64,000 nucleotides of DNA from Euprymna scolopes (Eukaryota), in the NCBI GenBank assembly GCA_053919585.1, contig CM132802.1. One strand, given 5' to 3'. How positions within the stretch are numbered: position 1 is the stretch's first letter; each line of letters opens with the position of its first letter. The notes beneath the pieces were generated by a model, which had not been told where the DNA came from, did not search any database, and saw only the letters and a program-made list of their open reading frames with translations. The translations under genes were made by a program, and so were the position numbers. This document shows positions 25,284-39,254 of this stretch, one piece after another.

Positions 25284-26662
25284 GTGAGTTACGCTACTTG
25301 TACAAGTTTAAAAGTTATAGACATTCTAAAAAAAACCATGCCGCAGGTGCATCGAGAGTATTGTAATCCTTCTCTCATCACCATCTAATGTCAACCTTAG
25401 GCTCGTATCTTATTTCTTAACCAAACATCTATAAAACAAAAAAAAACCCATGCAATACACCTTGCCACTGTATGACAAACTCCGATCCCAATTAAAGTAT
25501 CACTTATTTTTATTGCATTTCATCCATGTTTCCATTTTTTATTTTCCTTTTCTTTTTTCCTTTCTACTCCCCTTTTTCCCAATTAATGTCGTTGTCACTA
25601 GCGCTACATACTTTTTCAAATAGTTATGCACATGCCAAAAACATCCCGTTTCATGTCTTCCTTTTCCTATGTCTTTTTTGTTTCATAAATTTCGAATCTT
25701 CAATTTTTCTGAAGGCGTTTGTTGATCCAAACAAAATCACTTAATCTTTGCCTGGAATATATATTCCAAAATTCATAATGATTCGTCCATTAATTCAGAA
25801 AAAAAATATATATATCTGGTGACAATTTACTTGTTTCTGAGTATAGTCACATATCAATGTAATATTAGTGTAAACCCTCTCAGTGAAAGATATGCATATG
25901 GCTTTTTAGATCTGCTAGACTTTTACAGACCTTTTACATAGAAGTGGCAAGTGTTGTGATGATCTAATGGGATGCCAATATCTTAAGTAACTTCTGTGTT
26001 GCACATATACTCCTTGGTGATTCACCAAACCGACACAGACATGATTAGCAAATTGCAAGCTTAGCACATTCGCTGTAGTTATCACACCACCATATCTCAA
26101 TAGGTTTATGATGCAACAAGTTGCACATACAGTTGATATCTACATAAAAATAACAAGTGCGAGCACAGCAATAGTATTATAGTGACACGACGACCACTCT
26201 CTGAGTATCGGTAACTATGAATCTGTTGACAGACAAAAAGTTTGATGACTAGTCAATCGTAGGTGTTATATCTGAGTTTTCCTTCTCTTACATGCATTCC
26301 TTCATGAAGGCTAAGAATGAATCTCTCCTGGTATACAACTTGAGATATATATATCTATTTATGATGTTTGCTTTTAATAATCAAAAGTTAAAAAAATAAG
26401 AGATACAATTGAATAAAAAGTAAACAAATCTAATAGCATATACCTAACTTTATGTGCAAAGAAGCATACACATACCTAACCTTATATAAAGAGAGATATA
26501 CGTATAGGTAACTTTATATATAAAGAACTATACATATATCTAACTTTATATATAGAGAGAAAGATGCCCATATTGAACTATAAAATAATATATATACTTT
26601 GCTATTTAACAATATAATAATATATATACTTTGTTATTTATCCCATCTTTATTTTGTTACAG

Positions 26663-26880
26663 ACTTGAATGCACAGTTGAAGCTCATCCACCTCCGGTCA
26701 TAACTTGGTATATCAATGGAATGGAGATCAAACCATCTCCGCATTATGAAATGTTTTATGAATCCGGCAAGAGTTTGCTGTTGATCATTGATGTTGGTCC
26801 TGAAGATACTGGTGAATATACCTGCCGTGCCGTCTCAGAAATCGGAGAAGCTATGTGCAGTACAACTCTTTATGTACAAG
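26663..26880 (+). CDS. sls: Exon 16, Ig7 C-part
   Basis: ttgttacAG; LECTVEAHPPPVITWYING...PEDTGEYTCRAVSEIGEAMCSTTLYVQ; G|gtaata; phases 2-1. Confidence 0.92.
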
Positions 26881-27404
26881 GTAATACTTTTAAAGCATTA
26901 AAAAAAAAGAGATTTGTTTAAGATATTTACACTTTTCCTTTTGACTCTGTGTTTACAAGATTGAAACATTTAATAAAAAATCTCAATAAAAGTAAGGATT
27001 TAGAGCTGCTAAACCTTAAGATAGTGTGATAATGATGGGTCACCATTTAGCTGTTAATAAATTGACCTTTGTTGTTAAATCATTCTGCTAGCTTGAGGAT
27101 AGTCAATGTCCAGAGGCACCTGTGTGACATGCACAATCTATCAGTACAGACTTGCCTGGGGCAAGTTTCAAAAGCTTTTCCATTCTTGCTCAATAAGGGC
27201 ATATCCTTACATAACCCTGGTATGGTGTTCTGTAAATATGCCTACAAAACAATGTTACATGCCAACGAGTGTTGACCTCTCAGAGTCAGGGACAGGTAAC
27301 GACTTCTGTGTAATGAATGAGGAATGCTTTGCTAGATATGGCATACGAAGGTAACAGAGCATGTATGAAGGTAACAGAGCATGTCAGTAACTCTGTTCTT
27401 TATA

Positions 27405-28664
27405 CGAGGGGCGTGTAATAAGTAATTCCATGACCTACTTCCAGTTGTCTGATCTAGCTGAAATTTTGCATGTGCAATGATTTATATCTCTACGGGTTAT
27501 GTGACAAATTACAGCTCTGAACTAATTGTGGTTTCTGTTTTACAGGTGTTTGAACTGAGTCAGGTGTGAAATGGAGCCTGTTGAATGTCGAGCAGTGATC
27601 CAGTCTTTGTATTTGAAAGGACGCACACCACAGGAGACTTTTGATGAAATGAAAGAAACTTATGGTGATAATGCCCCATCACATGACCTTGTAAAACGCT
27701 GGTATCATGAATTCAAACATGGCGGGAAGTCTGTGGAAACAGCTCCCAGAACTGGTTGCCCCCCCCTTCTGCCATTGATGAGGCATCTGTCCGTCAAGTT
27801 GAGGCTGCCATTTTGGAAGATTAGCGCATTACTATTCGCCAAATAGCCCAAGATGTCAGTACAGGGTCTGTGGAAACTATCATTCATAACCATTTGCATA
27901 TGCATAAGGTGTCTGCCAGATGGATTCTCACGTTGCTCACACCATTCCAGAAGCGAGAACACGTCAAGTGCTCGAGGATGAATTTGGAGATATGCCAAGA
28001 AGACGAGTCAAAGTTTTTCAAAAGACTGATTACACAGGATAAAACCTGGGTCTATCACTATGATCCAGAGACCAAAGCTCAGTCAATACAGTGGAAGCAC
28101 TTGGACTCACCACCTCCAAAGAAGGCAAGGGTGCAGCCCTCTGCTGGCAAGGTCATGCTCACAGTCTTCTGGGACCAGGATGGAGTAGTGATGACAAATT
28201 TCCTGGCAAAGGGTACCACGATTACAGGAGCCTATTATGCTTCACTTTTGAGGAAATTAAGGGAAGCTATCAAAATCAAGAGGCGGAGCAAGATCAGCAA
28301 AGGTACCTTCCTCCTGCAGGACAACGCTCCGGTCCACAACTCGCATGTCGCCAGATCAGAAGCATGGCATCCTCTCTACTCTCCTGACCTTGTACTCTCT
28401 GACTTTCACCTCTTCCCAGCTATGAAGTTGTTTTTGAAAGGAAAGCGTTTCCCAGATGATGCAGCCTTAATTTCTGAAGTCACATCATGGTTGGAGGACC
28501 TGAGGTGTTTTACAAAAACAGTCTCCAGAGCTGCATCAAACGATGGGAGAAATGCATAACTCTGGATGGTTCCTATGTAGAGAAAGACTAATAACTGTGC
28601 CAAGTTTCCTTGCTCTACTGCTATGGGAAGTGGGTCAGGGGCATTACTTATTGCACGCCCCTCG
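27405..28664 (+). mobile_element. Mariner DNA transposon (irritans-like), full length, inactive
   Basis: TA-flanked TIRs CGAGGGGCGTGYAATAAGTAAT; 1260 bp; transposase motifs TQDKTW, SAGKVMLTVFWD, QDNAPVH, YSPDL..SD. Confidence 0.92.
27571..28580 (+). pseudogene. Mariner transposase pseudogene
   Basis: Split across ORFs 27571 and 27870 by a frameshift; only 26 residues between the second and third catalytic D instead of 34; C-terminus also appears frameshifted. Confidence 0.88.
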
Positions 28665-29597
28665 TAGAAAACTAAATCCCACCTCAATGCTATGTGAGAA
28701 GCGTCTCCGCAGATTTGATCATGTCAAACGCAATGGTGAGTAAATAAATAGTCTACATCATGAAAGTTGATGGTTTGTCTGGCATTGACTACCCACAGAA
28801 GATCTAGGCTGCAACTATCAAGGAGGATTTGGAACCTTGGCAACTTTATGATGAGGGATACAATATATCAAACTAAATGACGAACATACACCCTAACAGC
28901 CTCCATCTGTGCAAGCCATGAAAACCTGTCTACACTGGATAAGAAGAAGAATAAGAAGTTTTGTTAAGATGGATGATGAGACATAAACAACTGTTGTGTC
29001 TTTTGATGTATCAAAATTTTGTAGTTGAAAAGTTTTTTTTTATCATTATTAAAGGAAAGGAGCGTTGTCTTAGTAGCATTAAATGTTACTATCCATTTAC
29101 AATCCCCATTCAATTACAAACTAGGGGTAATTTTTTAAGCTACTTATTGGATAGATTCAGCTATTGCATTGGATATATGTTCGTTTTATCCACATGTAAC
29201 AAAATTAATTCTGTTTCTGAATTTTGAGATGAAGATTGATAATTTGTATTATATGGATTATTCGATTTACTGTTCTCACAACAGAACGACAGCGTGTTAT
29301 CTCTCATGAATTAAATAAAGGGTTCCCTTTCATATTCTGTGCAGATTCCTGATTTTGACAGAAAGGTTCCCAAGTTCAACAAAATACACCTGAAAAAGGT
29401 TAAAGGTTACATCGTCTGAAAGGTTGTGAGAATAACACTCAAGATGAGAATAGCAGTCCAAATAACCTTTAAACTTAAGTCTTAAATTTTAGACATTTTC
29501 TAAAATTAAAATCATGAAACAGATTTTTTTCATCAAAATTGGAATACGAATGTAAACATAAGGTTTAGTAGCATATATAATTTTCAGAATATGGAAA

Positions 29598-29639
<42 letters not shown>

Positions 29640-29803
29640 CTCAATATGGCAGATTTAAATAGGAGAGGCTTCCATCAATGTGTTGAATAGAAAAACAAGA
29701 AAAAAAACTGTGCGTATTGATAAAATGACAATAGAAAAAGATGGAGTGAAGGGAAAAAATGAGAAAAGGACCGAGTGAAAAAGTCTAGAATATGACATTG
29801 ATA

Positions 29804-29992
29804 CAATAGAACCCCGGGATACGGCATTAAAAATTAGTAACAAAATACAGTACAGTATATAATCAAATAACATTGTAAATAACGCCGTAAGGTGGGGCAA
29901 ATAGCATAATCAGGAGCTGGAAAAATATTGTATTCCATATCGTAACCTAAAAAAAACGTATCCTAGGACCACTGTATCTTGAGGTTCTACTG
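29804..29992. mobile_element. MITE, copy 2
   Basis: TIR CAATAGAACCCCGGGATACGG / CTGTATCTTGAGGTTCTACTG. Confidence 0.7.
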
Positions 29993-30187
29993 CATATTTT
30001 ATACATATACCCTTATTGCCACAGTAAGTTTTCCTATCATTAGACTAGGCTAGTGTTCATGAAAATTGGATAAATGTACAAGATTGTTTTATTATTTATT
30101 ATAATTTTTCCGTTTCTTTTATTTCTCCTGTTTTCTTTATAATTATGAATTAGTTAATTAGATATTTTTCTTTTAAATTTATTACAG

Positions 30188-30895
30188 AACCAGCTATGGC
30201 CGAAATGTCACCTCCCCCAGAGGATCTTACCCAGGTGGAACCATCTCCAGCTGAGAAAGTGTATCCACCTTATTTTGTTGAGAATCTCCAGTCTACCCAA
30301 GTATTTGATGGTCACGCAATTAAATTGATCTGTAGAGTCGAGGGCAAGCCTATCCCTAAAATTTCATGGTTCCACAATGGAACTAACATTGATAATAATG
30401 ATGAATACGTTATCAGTTATAATCCGGATACAGGGTGCGTTTGTTTGCATATTGTTGAAGCTCTTCCTGAAGATCAGGGAACGTACGTTTGCAAGGCAAC
30501 AAACCTCGCTGGACAAGCAACTACTTCTGCTACACTGACCGTCCTCGTTCCCACAAAAGAAACTGTCACTGCGGTCAGGAGAGAAGGTGAGAAAGCCAAG
30601 CCTGCTGCCATCCCTCCTACTTTTGTAGAAACCCTGCAACCCCAGACCGTCCAAGATGGTAGTCAAGTTGTTTTAACTTGCAGAATTAATGCCTATCCTC
30701 AACCCAAAGTTACCTGGTACAAAGATGAAATCCAAATTGTGCCTAGTAACGATTTCCATATCACCTTTGAAATAGAATCTGGCAGATGTTCTCTGATAAT
30801 ATCTGAGGTTTATCCAGAAGACGCTGGAGATTATTCTTGTCATGCCATCAATATTTACGGAGAATCTGTAACTACTACGACTATTACTGTAGAAA
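30188..30895 (+). CDS. sls: Exon 17, Ig8 and Ig9
   Basis: attacAG; ORF 30196 encodes two complete I-set domains (PEDQGTYVC, PEDAGDYSC); A|gtaagt; 708 nt, phases 1-1. Confidence 0.95.
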
Positions 30896-31159
30896 GTAAG
30901 TATTTCCATGTATGACATTGGCTATTTTATTGAAATATATAAATATAAAAATCAGTTTACTTTCTTGCCAAATTCTTGCATGCTTACTCCTATGGCCTTC
31001 CATACCTTTTTATCCACAGACCTTACAATTATCTACCCATTATAGCAGTTGATTTATTTTATTTTACTTTTTGATTCTGCTTATATTTCAGTTTTTTCTT
31101 TAACATTTCAATATTTATATGCAAGCACTTTCAAAATGCATAGAATAGACTTGATTTAT

Positions 31160-31560
31160 TTGCATACTCTCGAGAGCTTCGTCACATGCTGGAGAACAAA
31201 ATTTCACGATTTATGATCTTGGGTTAGTTTTTAAGCTGTCAGAAGTAGAACCCGTCTCAACCATTATCTGTTCAGCTCATCTCATGGTTGATCATCTTCT
31301 TGACTTTTCTTTAATGAAATTTTCTTTATAAGATTTCTTTACATAGCTGGAGTCTGGTAGCAGCGAAACATATCCAAACCATGTTAATTTCTTTTTAGCT
31401 TTTTTCTGATATCTGCATTTTTTCATTTATCTCACAAAGTTACTCCATGGATAGTTCTGGAACATTTCATTTGACTTCCTCTCATGTTCTGCCAATACAG
31501 TCCATGTTTCTCTTGCATATACAACAATAGGAACTATCAATGCATTATAAAGTTTTAACT
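31160..31560 (-). mobile_element. RTE-like LINE fragment
   Basis: Minus-strand KKLTWFGYVS remnant of the RTE C-terminal motif. Confidence 0.45.
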
Positions 31561-32349
31561 TTAGAGGCGTTGATATATATTTCTTGCTCCATACCTTTTT
31601 TGTTAGACGTTCAAATGCAGAAGTTGCGATTCATTTTCTTCTGCTAATGTCAGATGAGAATCTCGGAACTAATAAGCCAAAAAAATATAAAATATATATT
31701 TTTTGCAACCATTTACTGATTGTGGTTATTATGTTTTTAGTTGATTTTTTGTTTGTGTACAACCTAGCATCTACATTGCAACCAATCGTCAACAAACTTG
31801 ATCAAAATATCGATTATGGTCTAATTTAATTTTGGCTATCTGTGTCAAAGGTCAAGATCACGAAAACGGTGATAGTTACATGTTTGATGATAACTTCGTT
31901 TCTGTTCATCATAGTGACTTGTTAGTTGGTCCATATTGTAGCCAATGAAGTCCTGCATTTTATATGACCTTCGTCTTGAAAAGTTTGATTATGATCAAAA
32001 TTTTGACAGAATTTCAACTTCCGATTTTTCCCAATTTGATGTATGGATCTAGTACCATCTAGAACCACCATGCGAAATTTAAGCCTGATCAGACAAATAA
32101 TTTTAAATTATTGATGTTTTCATGGCATAAATTTAGAAATACTGCATACAATATGGAGAAGTAAGGCTCAGATTAGACTTTAGCCCATCCTTGCCTTGTC
32201 AGATAGATGTATTCAGTGTCACGACTGAATTATAGAATCTTGAATCATAGAATGCATAGAATCTTATGATTTAAATTTTCATAAACTCATTTTCATTATT
32301 AGATTTAAAATGTCATGTTCCTATGTTAAACGTTTTGAAATTATTTTAG

Positions 32350-32479
32350 CCACAGAAACAACTACAGAGACATACACAGATGAAATGATCCGATTGGTGG
32401 ATGAACGCTACTTAACCAGAGTTGAAATGTCTCCACAATATACATTACCAAAAGATGTTCAAGAAGGACGACCAGTCAG
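32350..32479 (+). CDS. sls: Exon 18, Ig10 N-part (alternative in-frame start at 32356)
   Basis: tattttAG|ccacAG; TTETTTETYTDEMIRLVDERYLTRVEMSPQYTLPKDVQEGRPV; AG|gtaact; phases 1-2. Confidence 0.8.
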
Positions 32480-34304
32480 GTAACTACCTAATATTTTATT
32501 ATTTAAAACAAGTTTTTTTTGTTTTATTTTTTTTATACAGCGATAATTTAATGAATGTAAAAATAACACTAACTCTGCATACACAGTCAGTAAAAAAAAA
32601 TAAGGTTAAAAGTAAATTTAAGAATTCAATTAATAACTACAAATAATGATTAATTAATAAAATTTCATTTTTTAAAACAAATATGCAAAGATTAGGAAGT
32701 TTAATTGGATTATCTACTGGCTTGGCAGGCCGAGAGTAGACTAAAAGTGTTTCTATGAATAGTGGCGATCAAGAGGCGCTCATATAATCTCCAGTGTGCT
32801 TCATAATTGATAGATCAAGGCTGTGGTGTGATGTGGTTTGGTCTATCGCTTCACTTGTCTGCACAATGATCGGTTGGAATTGAAAACATTTACATATTAG
32901 AAGAACTCTGTGGAATTTTCTTCATTTTTCTGTCAAAGTTATTGTTAATGATATTTCTCTTGAAATAATAAATATAAGGCTTCATAATTTATTTTGTTGT
33001 TGCTGACAATCGTCTGTAGACAATGGTGTAACAGTGGAGTTACATAGCCTGGGCAGGGTGATATGGGAGGATAGCTGTTGCCCGTGCAGACGTTCCCCCC
33101 ACTTGCCACAAAGCCAGAGGATTCAAGGGAAAGACAGAGTTGATACATCTTGGCCCTAACTGTGCCGCAGGAGTTGCCGGTAATGATAATTTAAAGTCTG
33201 GTCGCCTTAGGGACTCCGTTTCCGGATTTTCTGTTGGGGTTTACTCCCTTAGGCTTTCCCTTGAGGGGGTAATCTCACAAGACAGCAGAGGTCTTGAATC
33301 CAAGTTGCCTTCTTCTAGGTGAGCTACCATCCAAAGTTGATAAGCCCTAACTGCCCAAAGTGATTGGTTTTAAGGTGCCAGTGGACCGCCTTTGCCTTTT
33401 CTCCAAGTTAGTATAAACAGTTTCGCCGGGCTTATTAGCTAAAGCACACGAAAAGGCCAGGAACTGGATTTGGTTGTCAAAGGCTATTTGAGACGCACAC
33501 AATGAGGGCATTTTTTATTAGTGAGAGGGAGCTTATACTTACTACCACACTTAGTTGTGACAATCTTTGAAACTTCATAATTTATACACCATTAAAAATG
33601 TTTTTGAAGTTTGTTTGTACACAAATATAAACACATGATGTGTTGGAAATAAAGGCATAGGAAAAAGGAGTACACACTGCTAAGGCAATAGTTTTTATGT
33701 TGTCAATATCCGAGTTGGAATCTCACATAAGTCTAAAAGATTTTTTTTGTTAATACGAGTTATACAAATTTAAAGAAAATAACAAAATATACAAAAAAAG
33801 AACATTAAATCAATATATTTTGAAAAACAAGAGATAACTTTCTATTCGACAGTTTAAATGATTCGATTATTAAAACATGATAAGCAGACTTCACATTATT
33901 AAGACACTAGTTTTTATGATATCAATACCTGAGTCCGAATCTCATATGATATAAATATGCTGAAATGATCGCTTAAAAAATAAGTTTTCATACCAGCAGA
34001 AGTTACTGATTATTTCAGCATATATACACATTCCAAGTGTGTTCTTTTTAATATTACAAGTATAATATGAAATAGATTTTAATAGAAACGACACCTCATT
34101 TATTAATATTTAATAAAAATAAGATCAAATAATTTATTGAACAATATTTATCGCTTGTACACAATTTTTCAATGCATTATGCACTAATGGACTAAACATA
34201 ATGGACTAAACTTGGGTTTTACCGAATCTTATGTTTGTTGTGTTTCCATTTTTGTTGTGATTTATTTTGTCAATTATTTAGGATGAAATATTGTCTTTCC
34301 ACAG

Positions 34305-34519
34305 ATTGATTTGTAAATTGACGGGTAAACCAAACGTTTCTTGGTATATCAACGAGGTTGAAATTCAACCATCGTCAAACAGAAGAATGTACACAGAACA
34401 CAACACATCAATATTATTGATTGTCTGTGCATCATATGAAGATACCGGTGAATATGTTTGCCGCGTGGAAAATAAAGAAGGCGTTTCAATCAGCAAAGCC
34501 TCATTGAATGTGATGAAAC
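34305..34519 (+). CDS. sls: Exon 19, Ig10 C-part
   Basis: ttccacAG; LICKLTGKPNVSWYINE...YEDTGEYVCRVENKEGVSISKASLNVMK; C|gtaagt; phases 2-1. Confidence 0.9.
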
Positions 34520-35868
34520 GTAAGTATTTGAAGTTTATTAAAGCTTCCGTTTTTTCTTTCAATACTTTCAATCTATGCCCCACCCATAAAAATTCTCATC
34601 AAGCTACAACCACTGTCAAAAATTCTCCTTACTCTCTTCTTGTGCCTAAAACTAAATGAAAATTCCATGCATAAAGTTTATTTCCTAGAACTACCTGTCT
34701 ATAGAACACAATACCACAGGACTGCTCTCCAACTGAATATAGCAGGATCGTTTTCAAGTCGAATGTAAATAAGTTCTTATTGAACCATCCTCTTAAATAA
34801 TCAAATTATATTCATCTTTATCACGGTATTGTTTTACCAGCCATCTGACACTCATTAACCCTTATCCTCAAGTGTCTTTTGGGACTTGCTAAGTGGTGAG
34901 CCCCTAGTAATATATAATTTTTAATATTAATGAGTAAACTAACAGAGCTACCTGGCGTTTCCAGGGACAAAACCGTAACATATTTATATTAAAACTTTAT
35001 CTCTCTACCTCTCTCCTTTCTCTTTGACACCCCCTTTCTGTTTTCAGCCTTTACACTCTCTAACTGTCTTCTCAAAACCCAACTCGGTTGATTCCCCAAA
35101 GAATGATTTTTTTGTTTTAATATAGATATTATTTACCCAAAGCAACGAAATCTATTAACTGTGTAGCTATTTGTTTCGTCCTTTTTTTTTTTTTAAATAG
35201 ACTTACACACAATTGCCTTTTATATAATAGATTGGTCCAATATGGTATTTATTTCTATACTAGATCTACTGTGATCATTGTTACCTAATATATGAGCTGC
35301 TTCTTTGAGGCGTCATATTCTCCACTGTCTATAATTTTTATTTAATCCCATAAGATTCTAAGAATTTACTTAAGACTTTTACTTATCTATCGCTGGCAGA
35401 ACGAGAGCAGTCTATTACAAATATGTTCCTATTGATCCCCAAAACTAGTCAGTGTTGAAAAAGGATCTATAAGCTTTTTGACCATGTCTCTTGTAGTATT
35501 TGACTCTTTTAGTTGAACACACACACAGATAACTTTCATTCATATAATAGATAATGGTCTAATCTACTATCATAATTGATTTTTCCCATATTGCATCACA
35601 CTCTATACTAGGTCTGTTGTCGCCCAACATATACACTGCTGTTTTGCGGCATTTAGCTCTCCATCATTCTTTTCTGTCTATAATTATTACTTTGCCCTAT
35701 AAGCACAGAAGATTATCGTATCTAGCATCAGCATCCTCTTAATATTTTCTCGCTATAAAAATATGCCAAAATATTTCAAGATAAAATCATGTTTAGAAAG
35801 TTAATTCAAGAAAATGTCTATCTTCAAATGATAAATTTCTCTTCACATTTCCATAATTGTAATTTCAG

Positions 35869-36180
35869 AAATTGAGGCACCACTTCAAGAAACCTCCTCA
35901 CCAGATTTTACACAACTTCTCCAGCCACAGACAGTTCGTGATGGCGAAAGAGTTGAGTTTAAAGTCCGTTTTACTGGTGTGCCTAGGCCCAGAATTACTT
36001 GGTTCCATAATGGCAGTGTCATCCAATCTACAAATGACATCAAGATTATCATCGATTACGAACGTGGTGAAAGTATGCTCATTATAGTTGAGATCTTCCC
36101 AGAGGATGAAGGCGAATACACCTGTTCTGCTTCCAATGAATATGGTGAAATCATAACAACGTGTAAACTCACAGTCATTT
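35869..36180 (+). CDS. sls: Exon 20, Ig11
   Basis: aatttcAG; QIEAPLQETSSPDFTQLLQPQTVRDGERVEFKVRFTGVPRPRITWFHNG...PEDEGEYTC; T|gtaagt; 312 nt, phases 1-1. Confidence 0.93.
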
Positions 36181-37260
36181 GTAAGTACAAATTAATTACA
36201 CTTTTTTTTTGCTTGTATCTTTTTCCGTTCTGCAACCATTTGGAATTTTTTCCTTGAAATATTTGTTTTCTGGAATCCAATACTAATGGTTGATATACGT
36301 TTTCAATATGAATATTATTTTTGGATAATGATTCTCCAATCCTGTATTATTCAACACAGACAGGTTTACTTTCCCTTATTAACCGTTTTATATTTTCCTT
36401 GATTGTTCATCCTGTTTTTAAATCAATGATCCTTTTAAAAAAAAAATTATTCTATGTTGTTTCCCTATAAATTTGAAAATATGCTAGCATGTTTTTTTAA
36501 TCTCCAGAATAGATGTGTATAGTTTGGATCATTTGAACTACAGTTCTCATTTCAATGTTATTCTCTCAACGTTTCGGCTGATGTAAATTCCAACCATTTT
36601 TTCCCCATCTCTTTCTCTCTCTATCTATCTATCTAGCTAGCTACATGTGTCAAATGTTCTAACTTAAGATGAAAGAGTTTTCCTTGATGATCATTTCACC
36701 CTGTTGTATTTTAAAGTTTAAAATTCTTTCTGTTTATTGGTCATTGAAATACAGCTCAATATTGTCTACATATACAAAATCAATATAAAAAATATATAAA
36801 TGTTTATATCTCTTTTCAATTTATTTTGTCTTTGTTCACATACAGGATTACAAAATGTCTTTCAAAATATCTTCGGCCTTCCTCAGTATATATATAAGTA
36901 GTAATACTACATATCTAAAACAAGATTAGATTTAAAGCTCACAAAATTCACAGAGACACATAGCACAACGGATAAATGTGTTAAGTAATAATCAGTTGTA
37001 AGTAAAAATCTTCTGGGGATTGAAGGCATATACTTTTTATTTATAGTTATTATCTAAGACTTCTATTCGTTAATGACTGATGGAACAAGAATAATCTACC
37101 ATCGTGGATTAAATAAAGGGTTAAATTCGAAATTATATACAGATTTCAACATGATGATTCTTGAATTTAACAAGATACACATAGGTGGTTACATCGGCTG
37201 AAACGTTGTGAGAATAACATCTAAGATGAGAGTGGTAGTTTGAGTAATCCAAATTATACC

Positions 37261-37331
37261 ATTTATCAATCATCATATATAAAATTTATCAATCATCATA
37301 TATAAAATTTATCAATCATCATATATAAAAT
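37261..37331. repeat. 23-bp tandem repeat x3
   Basis: ATTTATCAATCATCATATATAAA x3. Confidence 0.9.
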
Positions 37332-37617
37332 TCGAAAATAGATATTTAACAAATAAGTTCACTAGCAAATGAATTTAGTGCAAGGATCTAAAATAACTAT
37401 TTTTCTTCAAGAAGTTTAGAGATTAGTTTATATAAATTTTTATTTGATAATTTCATTCTCTTAAGATTTTGTTAAACGGTTATATACACAAAAAGCAAAC
37501 AATTTTTGTTTCTTTTAAAATCCAAGTTGAATTGCGAATATTAATAATAATATGGTGTGATGTTGATCTATCCTATTTTGGAAATAGATGCACTATGAAT
37601 AGAGTGACAACTAAGTA

Positions 37618-37812
37618 TCATGACTAGGGCTAGGACAACAGCATATTCTTTTCATTGTTTCGACTCTTGAATGTGTATCTGTTGATATCTTATATGCTTT
37701 TATATAGAGTGATGTGGTTCTCGGTTGATTAACTGTGTCTAACTGTGTCGGATATATACTCGAGAGTCAAAACAATGATAAGAATATTCTGCTGTTAAAG
37801 CCCTAGTCATGA
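37618..37812. mobile_element. Hairpin MITE-like element
   Basis: TCATGACTAGGGCT...AGCCCTAGTCATGA termini with ~65-bp imperfect inverted arms. Confidence 0.65.
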
Positions 37813-39254
37813 CAGTCATAGAGACAGTCATTTGCAGGCTGTGTTGGTATTTATTTAGTTGAAGGTCCGAGCTCAGCAGTCGGTTTGGCAAAAACTGGGT
37901 CATTTCAGTGGCTTTTCATCTGCCAGACTGAAGTAGTCATTCTGTGTAATCATAGAAGGTGCAGCTTCTCAGGCCTGGCTCCCACTTTTTATTTATGGAA
38001 ATTATTCCAGACAAGACATAAAGCCACTTGATATAAGGAGCTAATAAAAAAACCACTTTAACAATAAGGATTAGATGGATAGATTCCGACTCAGAAAACA
38101 GCAATTTTTCCCCTTTATCAAAAACATTGCTCATGTGATTGCAATGTGAAGACTAAAAAACAAAATAAGCGAAACCAGAGTTATGAGACTACCAGTGAAG
38201 TGGAGTTAGTTTACTGCTAACTGCCTGATTGGACAATGCCAACAAGGCCACTATTTTTAGGAGGCCATGGTACCTTTTCTTTATAAACACTGGCTTAATT
38301 CTCCCCACCTTCCGGTCTTGTGTCACATCTTTTTGTAGTGGGAAGGAAGTTAATATTGTCATTGGTGGGAGTCATAGCCACAGTATCGGACACAGATTTT
38401 CTGTAACATACTGTTTCTGTACTTCTATAAATGTATTCTTGTAAGAACACCAATGTGTTGTCTTCACGGTCAAAACAAGTACTAAATTCTGTTATAAATA
38501 TTTGTCATTTAATGATCAAGTTAGATATGTCGTATAACAAGTATGTTTCTTTTGTAAAGGTGAAACAGTACATTTCGTGACGGATGATGGTGTCTATTTC
38601 GAATTCATAACTGTAATCCGCCACCAATTAGACTCTTTCTTTTTTGACCAAAAATTAATAAACAACGTTTAAAGTTTTAATCCAGGCGGTTTCATAGTAA
38701 TATAAAGGGTTGCACATTAACAAAAATTAAAACAAAAACTCAATTTTTTTAAAATTCGAATTATTTGATTGTTTTCAGTAAAATTTCCATTTTTACTTGC
38801 TATTTAATTTTCATAAAAAAGGTAATACTAGGAAGTTTTCATAAATTTTAATTGTAAAATTTTACCTGAAAATATGATTTTTTTTTTCTTAAAAAAAAAG
38901 TTATGACCATTTGATAAAAGATAAACCGTTTTATTTGATACGGTTATGAATTCAGAATAGACGTCGTTAGCTGCTACTAAGTAGTTTCACTCTTATCGTT
39001 TTTTTATATACTTATTTGATAACAATTCTCTTTAGTTTTTGTATAAGGATTATGTTAACAAATATGATCAATTAAGATACTTTGAATCACAAATCTACGT
39101 TTTATTTTTTTATATATATTAGGCATCAATTCTTTTTAGATTTTGTTAAAGTTTTATATTTACAAATCTAATCAATTCAGATAGTTTGTATAACAAATCT
39201 GTTTTTTTTTATACCTATAAAAATATATTTTGCTTCATCTTTAATTCCTTTCAG

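Noticed and set aside
27405-28664. Active or domesticated mariner transposase
   Set aside because: Frameshifts and an 8-residue deletion in the catalytic spacer.
32990-33570. GC-richer block as a hidden exon or ncRNA
   Set aside because: No phase-compatible Ig or PEVK-like reading frame. It is probably the UTR of a retrotransposon, but I could not classify it.
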